Below are positions 55,926-64,000 of a stretch of DNA of 64,000 nt, in pieces (within the stretch, counting starts at the first letter, position 1; every line of letters starts with the position of its first letter). The notes under the pieces are model-generated. The model searched no databases. It had not been told where the DNA came from and worked only from the letters and a program-made list of their open reading frames with translations. The translations under genes and the position numbers were made by a program. This DNA is from an uncultured Gemmatimonadales bacterium (GTDB taxonomy: Bacteria > Gemmatimonadota > Gemmatimonadetes > Longimicrobiales > RSA9): NCBI GenBank assembly GCA_963741945.1, contig CAVUKA010000006.1, positions 96,001 to 160,000 on the forward strand, in the 5' to 3' direction.

Positions 55926-58167
55926 GAACACTGCCGTTTACATCTGTCGCGGCTGCGACATTGGGAGTTCGCTCGATCTCTCCGCCCTGTCGGAGCTGGC
56001 CACCGGCGAACTGGGCCTCAAGCGTTGCCAGGAGCACGCGTGCCTGTGCGGCGACGAGGGTCGCGAGCTGATCAGCCAGGACATCCGGGACGAGGGCGTG
56101 AACACCATCGTGGTGGCCGCGTGCTCCCCGCGCGTCATGGCGGACGCGTTCACCTTCGACGGCGTCTTTACCGAGCGCGTGAACCTGCGCGAGCACGTGG
56201 TCTGGAGCCACGCGCCGAACGACGAGGACACGCAGATGCTCGCGCAGGACTACCTGCGCATGGGCGCGGCCCGGGCGCAGAAAGCGCAGCTGCCGGAGCC
56301 ATTCGAAGCGGAGATCGACAAGACGCTGCTGGTGGTGGGTGGCGGCGTAGCCGGCATGGGCGCGGCGCTGGATGCCGCGAACGCCGGCTACTCCGTGGTG
56401 CTGGTGGAAAAGGAGAAGGAGCTGGGTGGCTGGATGGGCCGCTTCGCCCGCCACATCCCGCATGCGCCGCCATACCGGGAGCCCACGGCCTCGAGCATCG
56501 TGGACCAGGTGGCACGGGTCCATGGCCACGAGCGGATCACGGTCCACACGGGCGCCACGATCGGCAAGATCACCGGTCAGCCCGGCCAGTTCGACGTCGC
56601 GCTGAACGCCAACGGCTCCAGCACGGAGCTGCGGGTGGGCGCCATCGTCCAGGCCACCGGCTGGCAGCCGTACGACGCCTCACGGCTCGGCCACCTCGGC
56701 TACGGCAAGTCGCCGGACGTGATCACGAACGTCGAGATGGAGGAGATGATCGCGGCGGGCGCGGTCAGGCGGCCGAGCGACGGCCAGCCACCGGCCCGGA
56801 TCGCGTTCATCCAGTGCGCGGGATCGCGGGACAAGGAGCACCTGCCGTACTGCTCCGCGGTGTGCTGCCGCGCCAGCATCAAGCACGCGCTGGTGGCCCG
56901 GGAGCTGAACCCGGACGCGCAGGTCTTCGTCCTCTACAAGGACATCCGGGCGCCCGGACAGTACGAGGAGCTGTACCGCCGGGCCCAGGAAGACGCGGGC
57001 ATCTTCTTCACGAAGGTGGATGTCACGGGCGTGGAGACGGGCTCCGGCTCGCTCGTGGTGAAGGGCGAGCACTCGCTGCTCGGGGACGCGGTCGACGTGG
57101 AGGCCGACCTGGTCGTGCTCGCCACGGGCATGGTCCCCCGCTCCGCCGACGGCGAGCTGCTGCGGCGCTACACGGACGCGAAGGCGGTGGTCGCGAAGGA
57201 CGAGGCCGGCGCCCAGCTCGAGACGGCGAAGACCACCGTCGGTGAGCTGGAGCACCTGGAAGGCACCTCGATCCTGAACCTGGGCTACCGGCAGGGGCCG
57301 GACCTCCCGGTCCTGCGCCACGATTTCCCGGACTCGCACTTCATCTGCTTCCCGTACGAGACCCGGCGGACGGGCATCTACACGGCGGGGGCCGTGCGCG
57401 CGCCGCAGGACGCACTGATGGCCGCCGGTGATGGTTCGGGCGCGGCGCTGAAGGCGATCCAGACCATGGAGCTCGCCACGCGGGGCGAAGCCGTGCACCC
57501 GCGCTGGGGCGACATGTCCTACCCGGACTTCGCGCTCCAGCGCTGCACGCAGTGCAAGCGCTGCACGGAGGAGTGCCCCTTCGGCACGCTGAACGAGGAT
57601 GTGAAGGGGACGCCGCAGCCGAATCTGACGCGCTGCCGCCGCTGCGGGATCTGCATGGGCGCCTGCCCCGAGCGGATCATTTCCTTCAAGGACTACTCGG
57701 TGGACATCATCTCCTCGATGATCAAGGCGGTGGACATCCCCGACGAGTTCGAGGAGAAGCCGCGCCTGCTCGGGCTGATCTGCGAGAACGATGCCTACCC
57801 GGCGCTGGACACCGCGGGGCTGAACCGGATGCAGCACTCGGCGAATATCCGCTTCATCCCGGTCCGGTGCCTCGGCAGCGTGAACGTGGTGTGGGTGGCC
57901 GACGCACTGGCCCGCGGCTTCGATGGTGTGCTCATGGTGGGGTGCCGCTCCGGCGAGGACTACCAGTGCCACTACATCCGCGGCAGTGAGCTGATGGAGA
58001 CCCGCAGCAAGAACGTGCGGGAGAAGCTCCAGCAGCTGGCGCTCGAGGAAGAGCGGGTCCGCCTCGAGCAGCTTCCGATCGACCAGTTCGCGCGACTCCC
58101 GCAGATCATCAACGAGTTCGCCGAGCAGATCGATGCCATCGGGTTGAACCCCTTCAAGGGAATGTGA
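55918..58167 (+). CDS. qmoB: QmoB, HdrA-like plus MvhD-like domain
   Basis: VYIC.GC.IG, AACSPR, DSHFICFPYETRRTGIY, CTQCKRCTEECP, CENDAYPALD, CLGSVN, CHY..GS, NPFKG. Confidence 0.92.
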   Translation: MDKNTAVYICRGCDIGSSLDLSALSELATGELGLKRCQEHACLCGDEGRELISQDIRDEGVNTIVVAACSPRVMADAFTFDGVFTERVNLREHVVWSHAPNDEDTQMLAQDYLRMGAARAQKAQLPEPFEAEIDKTLLVVGGGVAGMGAALDAANAGYSVVLVEKEKELGGWMGRFARHIPHAPPYREPTASSIVDQVARVHGHERITVHTGATIGKITGQPGQFDVALNANGSSTELRVGAIVQATGWQPYDASRLGHLGYGKSPDVITNVEMEEMIAAGAVRRPSDGQPPARIAFIQCAGSRDKEHLPYCSAVCCRASIKHALVARELNPDAQVFVLYKDIRAPGQYEELYRRAQEDAGIFFTKVDVTGVETGSGSLVVKGEHSLLGDAVDVEADLVVLATGMVPRSADGELLRRYTDAKAVVAKDEAGAQLETAKTTVGELEHLEGTSILNLGYRQGPDLPVLRHDFPDSHFICFPYETRRTGIYTAGAVRAPQDALMAAGDGSGAALKAIQTMELATRGEAVHPRWGDMSYPDFALQRCTQCKRCTEECPFGTLNEDVKGTPQPNLTRCRRCGICMGACPERIISFKDYSVDIISSMIKAVDIPDEFEEKPRLLGLICENDAYPALDTAGLNRMQHSANIRFIPVRCLGSVNVVWVADALARGFDGVLMVGCRSGEDYQCHYIRGSELMETRSKNVREKLQQLALEEERVRLEQLPIDQFARLPQIINEFAEQIDAIGLNPFKGM

Positions 58168-58175
58168 GGCGAGCC

Positions 58176-59393
58176 ATGTCCCAGGCCGTACTCCTCCAGC
58201 CGGATCGCGCGTTCATCGACGCCGTCATGGCGTCAGGCGGCGGGGACCTGAAGAAATGCTTTCAGTGTGCCACGTGCTCGGCCGTCTGCGCCCTCTCCAT
58301 GGACGGGGATCCGTTCCCTCGCAAGGAGATGCACTGGGCCCAGTGGGGGCTGAAGGACCGCCTCATGGCCGACCCGGACATCTGGCTCTGCCACCAGTGC
58401 AACGATTGCTCCCGCCGCTGCCCGCGCGGCGCCCGTCCGGGCGATGTGCTGGCCGCGGTGCGGCAGCAGGCCGTGCAGAACTACGCGTTCCCACGTTTCA
58501 TGGGGCGATGGGTGAATCGCATGCCCACGCTGCCCCTCATGCTCTTTATCCCGGCCGTGCTCCTCGCCCTGGCGCTTCTGGTACGCGACCCCCTCGCCCA
58601 GGCGTTCAGGGTCGGGGAGCCGGACGGGTTCTATGCTGAATTCTTCCCGCACTGGCTCCTCATCGGCTTCTTCTCCTTCTTCGTGGGCCTCGCCCTCGTG
58701 GGGGCAGTGGTCGGAGCCACACGGTTCTGGCGCGCCATGAAGGCGGCCGACGCCAGAGCCGGGATCACCCGGACCGGTGCGAGCGTGCCCGCCAGCATCG
58801 GCATCACCCTGTCTTCCATCTTCCGCCACGACCGCTTCGGTGAGTGCGAGACACAGCGGTCGCGGCGCGCGACGCACCTGATGGCGTTCTACGGCTTCCT
58901 GGCTCTGTTCATCACCACGGTATACGCGGTGATCGACCTCTACGTCCTTCCCACTCTGGGGATGGAGTCGGGATACCCGTTCGGTCTCACCCACCCGATG
59001 AAGTTCCTGGCCAACGCAGGCGCGATCCTGCTGACGGTGGGCGCGGGGAAGGCGATATGGGACCGTGTGAGGGCGGAGGAGGGAGTCGAGCAGAGCACAT
59101 CGTTCGACTGGATCTTCGCCTGGCTGCTGCTGACCATCGGCATTTCCGGACTGCTGACGGAGGCACTCCGGTTCGTGGTCCAGCCGGGCGCGGGCGCGGA
59201 GCTCGTGGCCACGGCGTACTCGCTGTACTTCGTGCACCTCATGCTGGTGTTCGCGCTCCTGGTTTACCTCCCGTACTCGAAGTTCGCCCACGTGCTCTAC
59301 CGCACCGTGGCGCTCGTGTACGCGGAGCATACGGGTCGTACACGGGGGACGCGCCGCGTGGCGGCGCCGGCCCCTGCGGTCATTGGTGCATAG
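58176..59393 (+). CDS. qmoC: QmoC, Fe-S plus membrane cytochrome b subunit
   Basis: LKKCFQCATCSAVC, PFPRKEM.WAQWG, WLCHQCNDC..RCPRGA, YFVHL...YLPYSKFAH. Confidence 0.93.
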   Translation: MSQAVLLQPDRAFIDAVMASGGGDLKKCFQCATCSAVCALSMDGDPFPRKEMHWAQWGLKDRLMADPDIWLCHQCNDCSRRCPRGARPGDVLAAVRQQAVQNYAFPRFMGRWVNRMPTLPLMLFIPAVLLALALLVRDPLAQAFRVGEPDGFYAEFFPHWLLIGFFSFFVGLALVGAVVGATRFWRAMKAADARAGITRTGASVPASIGITLSSIFRHDRFGECETQRSRRATHLMAFYGFLALFITTVYAVIDLYVLPTLGMESGYPFGLTHPMKFLANAGAILLTVGAGKAIWDRVRAEEGVEQSTSFDWIFAWLLLTIGISGLLTEALRFVVQPGAGAELVATAYSLYFVHLMLVFALLVYLPYSKFAHVLYRTVALVYAEHTGRTRGTRRVAAPAPAVIGA

Positions 59394-59438
59394 CCCCACG
59401 GGGCATGCGGGGACTCCTAACGCGATGAGGGAACGGAC

Positions 59439-60665
59439 ATGAGCCAGCTCGTGAATCCGCATGGCAAGGAAAAGAAGCTGAAGCCCCTCCTGCTGGAGGG
59501 CGCGGAGCTGACGGACGCGCAGAAGAAGGTCCCGACGCTGAAGAAGATCCCCATCACGTCGAGGGAGGCGGGTGATGCCATCATGCTGGGCATCGGCGGC
59601 TTCACTCCCCTGGACGGGTTCATGGGGAAGGACGACTGGAAGGGCGTCGTCACGCAGATGCAGATGACGGACGGCACGTTCTGGCCGATCCCCATCACAC
59701 TGTCGGCTTCGAAGGCGGACGCGGACACCATCAAGGAGGGCGACGAGGTCGTCCTGCTGGACGTGGAGACGGGGACGGACCTGGCGATCCTGAAGGTCAA
59801 CGAGAAGTACACGATCGACAAGGCGTTGGAGTGCCAGGAAGTCTTCAAGACGACCGACCCGGAGCACCCCGGCGTGGCGCAGGTGATGGCGCAGAAGGAA
59901 GTGAACCTGGGCGGCACGCTGCAGGTGCTGAGCGAGAGCTACTTCCCCGTCGAGTTCGGCGACGTCTACATGCGGCCGGCGGAGTCCCGCAAGCTGTTCG
60001 AGGAGCGCGGGTGGCGGACGGTGGCCGCGCTGCAGCTGCGCAACCCGATGCACCGCTCCCACGAGTACCTGGCGAAGATCGCCCTCGAAGTTCTCGATGG
60101 GCTCTTCATCCACCAGCTCGTGGGCAAGCTCAAGCCCGGTGACATCCCGGCCGACGTGCGCGTGAAGTGCATCGACACGCTGGTGGAGCACTACTTCGTC
60201 AAGAACTCGGTCATCCAGGGCGGCTATCCGCTGGACATGCGCTACGCCGGTCCGCGCGAAGCGCTGCTCCACGCCCTCTTCCGCCAGAACTACGGCTGCA
60301 GCCACCTCATCGTCGGGCGCGACCACGCCGGCGTGGGCGACTACTACGGGCCGTTCGACGCGCAGGAGATCTTCAACGAGATCCCCGAGGGCGCGCTGGA
60401 GACGCAGCCGTTGAAGATCGACTGGACCTTCTACTGCCACAAGTGCCGCGGCATGGCTTCCATGAAGACCTGCCCGCACGGCAAGGAAGACCGGCTGCTG
60501 TTGAGCGGAACCGTTCTGCGCAAGACGCTGTCCGAGGGCGGCGATCCGCCAGCGGACTTCAGCCGTCCCGAGGTGCTGGCCATCCTGAAGGAGTACTACG
60601 CCAACCTCGAGGACAAGGTGGAAGTGAAGCTGCACGGCGCCGCTACGGGCGCGGCGGCGAAGTAG
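59439..60665 (+). CDS. sat: Sulfate adenylyltransferase (dissimilatory type)
   Basis: [61 protein letters not shown]. Confidence 0.97.
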   Translation: MSQLVNPHGKEKKLKPLLLEGAELTDAQKKVPTLKKIPITSREAGDAIMLGIGGFTPLDGFMGKDDWKGVVTQMQMTDGTFWPIPITLSASKADADTIKEGDEVVLLDVETGTDLAILKVNEKYTIDKALECQEVFKTTDPEHPGVAQVMAQKEVNLGGTLQVLSESYFPVEFGDVYMRPAESRKLFEERGWRTVAALQLRNPMHRSHEYLAKIALEVLDGLFIHQLVGKLKPGDIPADVRVKCIDTLVEHYFVKNSVIQGGYPLDMRYAGPREALLHALFRQNYGCSHLIVGRDHAGVGDYYGPFDAQEIFNEIPEGALETQPLKIDWTFYCHKCRGMASMKTCPHGKEDRLLLSGTVLRKTLSEGGDPPADFSRPEVLAILKEYYANLEDKVEVKLHGAATGAAAK

Positions 60666-60693
60666 GGCATCGGCGACGGGTGAGGGTGAGGCA

Positions 60694-61080
60694 ATGGACC
60701 TGATCACGGTCTCCAGGCAGTCCGGACTGCAGTTCGACATCCGGGTGCGGAGCCATTCGGTGCGGAGCGACTTCTCGGTGGACGACGGCGGCGAGGATGC
60801 CGGCCCGTCGCCGTCGGAGCTCTTCGCCGGCTCGCTGGGGGCGTGCATCGCCATGATGGTCCAGGGCTACTGTGACCGCCACGGCCACGGCGACGTGGAA
60901 GTGGCGATGACGGTGGAACTGGGCACGGATCCGAAACGGATCGCGGCCATCGCGGTGGACGTGGAGCTTTCCCGGGAAGTCCCGGAAGCGGAGCTCCCGG
61001 TCCTGCGCCGGATCGCGGAAACCTGCGTGATCCATCACACCCTCGCCCGGCCGCCCCGGGTGGACATCGAGTTCGTGTAG
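60694..61080 (+). CDS. OsmC family protein
   Basis: D....GG.DAGPSP.EL..GSLGAC ... C.IHHTL two-Cys pattern. Confidence 0.85.
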   Translation: MDLITVSRQSGLQFDIRVRSHSVRSDFSVDDGGEDAGPSPSELFAGSLGACIAMMVQGYCDRHGHGDVEVAMTVELGTDPKRIAAIAVDVELSREVPEAELPVLRRIAETCVIHHTLARPPRVDIEFV

Positions 61081-61135
61081 CGCGCCTGCGGCCGAAGGGC
61101 GGCGGCAACGCGGCACGGGAACACAGGGAGGAATC

Positions 61136-61450
61136 ATGGAAACGCAGCTCGGCGGTAAGACGATGGAGATCGACGAGGACGGGTTCATCCAGGACCCGAC
61201 CGAGTGGGATGAGGCAGTGGCCGCGGACCTCGCGAAGACCGAGGGCGTGGACGAGCTGACGGAGCAGCACTGGAAGCTCGTGAACTATCTGCGGCAGTAC
61301 TACCTGGACTACAACATGGCTCCGATGATCCGGAAGCTGTGCAAGGAGACCGGGTTGAAGCTGAAGGACGTCTACGACCTGTTCCCGAGCGGCCCCGCGA
61401 AGGGGGCGTGCAAGGTGGCCGGGCTGCCGAAGCCCACGGGCTGCGTCTGA
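61136..61450 (+). CDS. dsrC: DsrC sulfur-carrier protein
   Basis: IDEDGF, LTEQHW, LFPSGPAKGACKVAGLPKPTGCV: both C-terminal Cys present (C-x10-C). Confidence 0.93.
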   Translation: METQLGGKTMEIDEDGFIQDPTEWDEAVAADLAKTEGVDELTEQHWKLVNYLRQYYLDYNMAPMIRKLCKETGLKLKDVYDLFPSGPAKGACKVAGLPKPTGCV

Positions 61451-61458
61451 GGAATGGC

Positions 61459-61495
61459 TCCGGCGGCGTCGGGGGAATGCCCCGGCGTCGCCGGA
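61459..61495 (+). other. Stem-loop after dsrC
   Basis: TCCGGCGGCGTCGGGG...CCCCGGCGTCGCCGGA. Confidence 0.45.
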
Positions 61496-61509
61496 ACGGA
61501 GTCAATGGC

Positions 61510-62091
61510 ATGAGCACGATACGGCAGGTTCTGGAGACGAAGAAGGAGGCAGTCCTCGAGCGGTGGCTCGAAGACGTCGTCGCCGCGTATCCGGCGGAGG
61601 GCGGCGCCTTCTTCCGCGCCCGTCGCGACCCGTTCGCGAACCCGGTGGGCCACAGCATCCGTGAGGGCACGCGGGAAGTGCTGGACGGTGTGCTGGCGAG
61701 CGCGGAAATGTCGACGTTCCGTGAGCCGCTGGCACGCATGCTCAAGGTGAGGGCGGTGCAGGAGATGTCCGCGTCGCAGGCGGTGGGCTTCGTGCTGGGG
61801 CTGAAGCGGGCGATCCGGGCCGAGGCGGGGCAGCCGGAGAACTGCGCGCGGGCGGAGGAACTGGTGTCGCTGGAGGAGTCGGTGGACCGGGTGGCCCTGC
61901 TGGCTTTCGACCTGTTCACCGAGCTGCGGGAGGAGCTGGCCAGGGTGCGGATCCGGGAAGTGGAGCGCCACGTCTCCTGGATCACGAGCCGGCTGAACGG
62001 GCGCGACCTGCGGCGGCCGACGGCGGCGGCGGAGGGCGCGGGCGAGGATGCACCAGCAGACGCGAAAGTGAGGCGAGGGACTCTCCCATGA
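61510..62091 (+). CDS. dsrT: DsrT (RsbRD N-terminal domain protein)
   Basis: W......YP....F....DPFANPVG, L...LKVRAVQE..ASQAV.F...LK, AFDLF; directly upstream of dsrM. Confidence 0.82.
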   Translation: MSTIRQVLETKKEAVLERWLEDVVAAYPAEGGAFFRARRDPFANPVGHSIREGTREVLDGVLASAEMSTFREPLARMLKVRAVQEMSASQAVGFVLGLKRAIRAEAGQPENCARAEELVSLEESVDRVALLAFDLFTELREELARVRIREVERHVSWITSRLNGRDLRRPTAAAEGAGEDAPADAKVRRGTLP

Positions 62092-63077
62092 AGGTGATTC
62101 TTCCCCTGCTGCTCGTGGCGGCGCTGTTCGTGACGGGGATGCTCGGCGCCGGGCTGGCGTCCGGGTGGGTATTCGGCGTGGTGATCCCATACGTGGCAGT
62201 GACCATCCTGCTCACCGGGCTCGTGTATCGAGTGCTCACGTGGGCGAGCGCTCCGGTGCCGTTCCGGATCCCGACCACGAGCGGACAGCAGAAGTCGCTC
62301 CCCTGGATCCGGCACAGCCGCCTGGACAACCCGAGCGGAAAGCTGGGCGTCCTGGGCCGCATGGTGCTGGAGGTCTGCTGCTTCCGGTCGCTCATGAAGA
62401 ACACGCGCACGGAGATGGCAGCAGGGCGGCGGCTGGTGTACGCCACGTCGCTCACGCTCTGGGCGGCGGCGCTGGCCATGCACTGGTCGCTCCTGATCAT
62501 CGTGACGCGTCATCTGCGCCTGTTCATGGACCCGGTACCGGGCTTCGTACGGGCGATCCAGGCGCTGGACGGCTTCCTCGAGGTGGGGCTGCCGGTCTTC
62601 TACATCACCACGATCCTCTTCCTGCTGGGCGCGGGATACCTGCTGTACCGGCGCCTCGCGGACGCGCGCGTGCGCTACATCTCCCTGTTCGGCGACTACT
62701 TCCCCCTCTTCCTGCTCCTGGGGATCGGGTTGAGCGGGTTCTGGCTTCGCCACCTGGCCCGCACGGACGTGCGCGCCATCAAGGAGCTGGCGATGGGCCT
62801 GGTGAGCTTCGCGCCCGTCGTGCCGACCGGAATCGCGCCCCTGTTCTTCGGGCACCTGTTCCTGGTGTCCGTGCTGCTGGCCTACTTCCCGTTCAGCAAG
62901 CTGCTCCACGCCCCCGGCGTGTTCCTTAGCCCGACGCGCAATCTGGCGAACAGCAATCGCCGCGTCCGGCACGTGAACCCGTGGGATTATCCGGTCCCCG
63001 TGCACACCTACGAGGAGTACGAGGACGAGTTCAGGGAGAAGATGATCGCTGCCGGTATCCCGGTGGAGAAATCATAG
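62088..63077 (+). CDS. dsrM: DsrM membrane cytochrome b
   Basis: PVPFRIPTTSGQQKSLPWI, FRSL.KNT, HWS....RHLR, HLFLV..L.AYFPFSKLLH, PTRNLAN, RHVNPW, EDEFREKM. Confidence 0.93.
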   Translation: MKVILPLLLVAALFVTGMLGAGLASGWVFGVVIPYVAVTILLTGLVYRVLTWASAPVPFRIPTTSGQQKSLPWIRHSRLDNPSGKLGVLGRMVLEVCCFRSLMKNTRTEMAAGRRLVYATSLTLWAAALAMHWSLLIIVTRHLRLFMDPVPGFVRAIQALDGFLEVGLPVFYITTILFLLGAGYLLYRRLADARVRYISLFGDYFPLFLLLGIGLSGFWLRHLARTDVRAIKELAMGLVSFAPVVPTGIAPLFFGHLFLVSVLLAYFPFSKLLHAPGVFLSPTRNLANSNRRVRHVNPWDYPVPVHTYEEYEDEFREKMIAAGIPVEKS

Positions 63078-63079
63078 CC

Positions 63080-64000
63080 ATGTCGCGCTTCGACGAACCG
63101 GAACACTACGAGATGGACGAGCTCCTGAGGGTAGACTGGACCCCACCCTCCTCGCCCTGGATGGACACGCCCGTCCAGATCCAGCCGGGCCGCTTCATCT
63201 ATCCCGGCAAAGCCAAGAACCTGGAGGCGCTGGGCCTGCCCAACCCCCGGGAGTGGGCGGTCACGGACGTGGACTGGAAGCTGCCCCACGACTGGCAGCG
63301 GATCATCCTGGAAGGGATGGCCGAGCGCCTGAAGAAGTACCGCAGCTTCAAGCTCTACATGGACATCTGCGTCCGGTGCGGAGCGTGTGCGGACAAGTGC
63401 CACTTCTTCATCGGCGGCGGCGATCCGAAGAACATGCCGGTGCTCCGCGCCGAGCTGCTGCGCTCCATCTACCGCCACGACTTCACCGCCATGGGGAAGG
63501 TCTTCGGCAAGATGGCTGGCGCGCGGCCGCTCACGGAGGACGTGATCAAGGAGTGGTTCTACTACTTCTTCCAGTGCACGGAATGTCGGCGCTGCTCGGT
63601 GTTCTGCCCGTACGGGATCGACACGGCCGAGATCACGATGATGGGGCGCGAGCTGCTGGGGCTGCTCGGGCTGTACGTGAACTGGGTGATCGAGCCCGTG
63701 GCCAACTGCTCGCGGACCGGGAACCACCTCGGCATCCCGCCCCACGGGCTGGTGGACACCCTCGAGTTCATGCGCGACGACATCGAGGAGGCCACCGGCA
63801 TCCGCGTGGACCTGCCCATCAACAAGAAGGGCGCCGAGATCCTGTTCGTCACGCCGTCCGGTGACTACGTGGCGGCGCCGGGCATCTACACGTGCATGTC
63901 CTACATGCTCCTCTTCCACGAGCTGGGCATCGACTACACGTGGAGCACCTACGCGTCAGAGGGGGGCAACTTCGGCCTGTTCACCTCGCACGAGATGATC
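63080..64000 (+). CDS. dsrK: DsrK, 3' truncated by window end (not in the ORF track because no stop codon is reached)
   Basis: My translation: MSRFDEPEHY...YMDICVRCGACADKCHFF...PKNMPVLRAELLRSIY...QCTECRRCSVFCPYGIDTAEIT...ASEGGNFG. Confidence 0.93.
   Translation, partial: MSRFDEPEHYEMDELLRVDWTPPSSPWMDTPVQIQPGRFIYPGKAKNLEALGLPNPREWAVTDVDWKLPHDWQRIILEGMAERLKKYRSFKLYMDICVRCGACADKCHFFIGGGDPKNMPVLRAELLRSIYRHDFTAMGKVFGKMAGARPLTEDVIKEWFYYFFQCTECRRCSVFCPYGIDTAEITMMGRELLGLLGLYVNWVIEPVANCSRTGNHLGIPPHGLVDTLEFMRDDIEEATGIRVDLPINKKGAEILFVTPSGDYVAAPGIYTCMSYMLLFHELGIDYTWSTYASEGGNFGLFTSHEMI

Noticed and set aside
46-63919. Many long alternative-frame and antisense ORFs (e.g. 19342-22422, 22091-24733, 32539-34944, 42374-45049, 58233-60854, 61185-63005)
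   Set aside because: They are Arg/Pro/Gly/Ala-rich shadows of well-supported genes, expected in high-GC DNA with few stop codons, and carry no family motifs

Overview
GC-rich bacterial genomic DNA, densely coding, with no rRNA, tRNA, CRISPR array or mobile element that I can recognise. The first ~27 kb holds mixed genes: a TolB-like/outer-membrane protein, two tandem hexaheme c-type cytochrome lipoproteins, a Na+-translocating methylmalonyl-CoA decarboxylase operon (mce, CoA transferase, mmdA/D/C/B), MATE, an M16 peptidase pair, two ADOP-type ABC permeases and two PAP2 phosphatases. This background suggests a Gemmatimonadota/Acidobacteriota-like host (inference only). From ~27 kb to the end is a continuous dissimilatory sulfur-metabolism island. 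Its core is rex, aprBA, Zn-ribbon, YkgJ, qmoABC, sat, OsmC, dsrC, dsrT, dsrM and dsrK (truncated at the window end and absent from the ORF track). A divergent arm carries a second dsrMK-like pair, an OrpR-like Fe-S/PAS sigma-54 activator with an Orp/NifX-like gene, and a rearranged Hmc-like complex whose NrfD subunit is fused to a six-heme cytochrome c3-type domain. A signalling/transport block carries two histidine kinases, four receiver domains, a PEP-synthase-like ATP-grasp/phospho-His protein fused to a receiver domain, two NMP-kinase-like/BON proteins, a DUF202 protein with 17 heptad repeats, and PSE- and TSUP-family transporters. Seven copies of a (T)CGTG-N8-CAC(G/A)A Rex-type palindrome sit in the island's intergenic regions, tying it into one predicted redox regulon. 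dsrAB/dsrD/dsrL are not in the window, so pathway direction cannot be proven here. All family assignments come from motif recognition by eye, not database searches.
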